Assembly: GCA_964658305.1 (NCBI GenBank)
Contig: OZ210884.1
Coordinates: 4,464,001 to 4,528,000 of the forward strand
From: Leptogorgia sarmentosa
Lineage: Eukaryota
DNA length: 64,000 bases
Direction: 5' to 3'
The notes below the pieces were generated by a model that worked only from the letters and a program-made list of their open reading frames with translations, made no database searches and was not told the DNA's origin. The translations under genes were made by a program, and so were the position numbers. How positions within the stretch are numbered: the first letter of the stretch is position 1; every line of letters begins with the position of its first letter. Positions 63,557 to 64,000 of this stretch are shown piece after piece.

Positions 63557-64000
63557 ATTCATAATAATTATTTTAAACATTTAGCCGTTCAGGGGGGGTG
63601 GCGAACCAATATTATTCTCCCTAATATTTTTGAAAACGTTTTAAATGCGTAGGCATATTCAGCAAAGTTAAACAAAACAAAGCCGAACAATGATTCGTGA
63701 ACGTTGCGAACACGGTTCCTCGATACATGTACAGCGCGTCGCGCAAGTTCAGTATTGTTTGTCATTCTATACAGAGGCGCGCAAGGCAATTCATACATAT
63801 TGTATAAATGGTTGCGTATATAGTTACTTATAAGTTCATAACCCACAACCTCTCGCAAAGAAATACAAGTAAATCGTTTATTTATTGAGTGTGTGTGCTT
63901 GAAGGTGATGTGGTCATTCTATGACAATACGAGAACCTTGAGAAAGAGCCCAGAAAACGTATATTTCCGAGTATATTTCCATGTAAATTCTGGGTGTCTG

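Overview
AT-rich, intron-containing animal genomic DNA; gene and repeat content suggest a cnidarian, possibly an octocoral (inference). Most real genes are multi-exon and only partly visible in the ORF track, so I rebuilt them by hand from GT-AG sites and phase continuity. Left to right: 3' end of an unknown gene; a 3-finger C2H2 zinc-finger gene; two tandem gamma-butyrobetaine dioxygenase (BBOX1/TMLHE family) copies, the first broken by a frameshifting internal deletion; a 7-exon SAXO3-like ciliary gene (-) with an RFX X-box and forkhead site upstream; a 16-bp minisatellite; a ~42-exon, ~1573-aa EGF/SEA type I membrane protein showing active exon multiplication; an intronless class A GPCR (-); an ILEI/PANDER-domain gene; a (GTACTT)n tract; a 6-exon secreted BRICHOS precursor with a Cys-rich C-terminal peptide (-); and a frameshifted THAP remnant with a 177-bp foldback. 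The most striking signal is a set of sequence-divergent non-autonomous elements sharing one architecture: 6-bp terminal direct repeat, short inverted repeat, a relic MA..RF N-terminus resembling Crypton tyrosine recombinases, the inverted-repeat mate, and a 100-150 nt hairpin. The hairpin mismatches are systematically GA/GA with a GCG(A/C)AGC loop on one strand only, which points to a strand-specific single-stranded DNA substrate. Homology calls are from motif recognition, not database searches.
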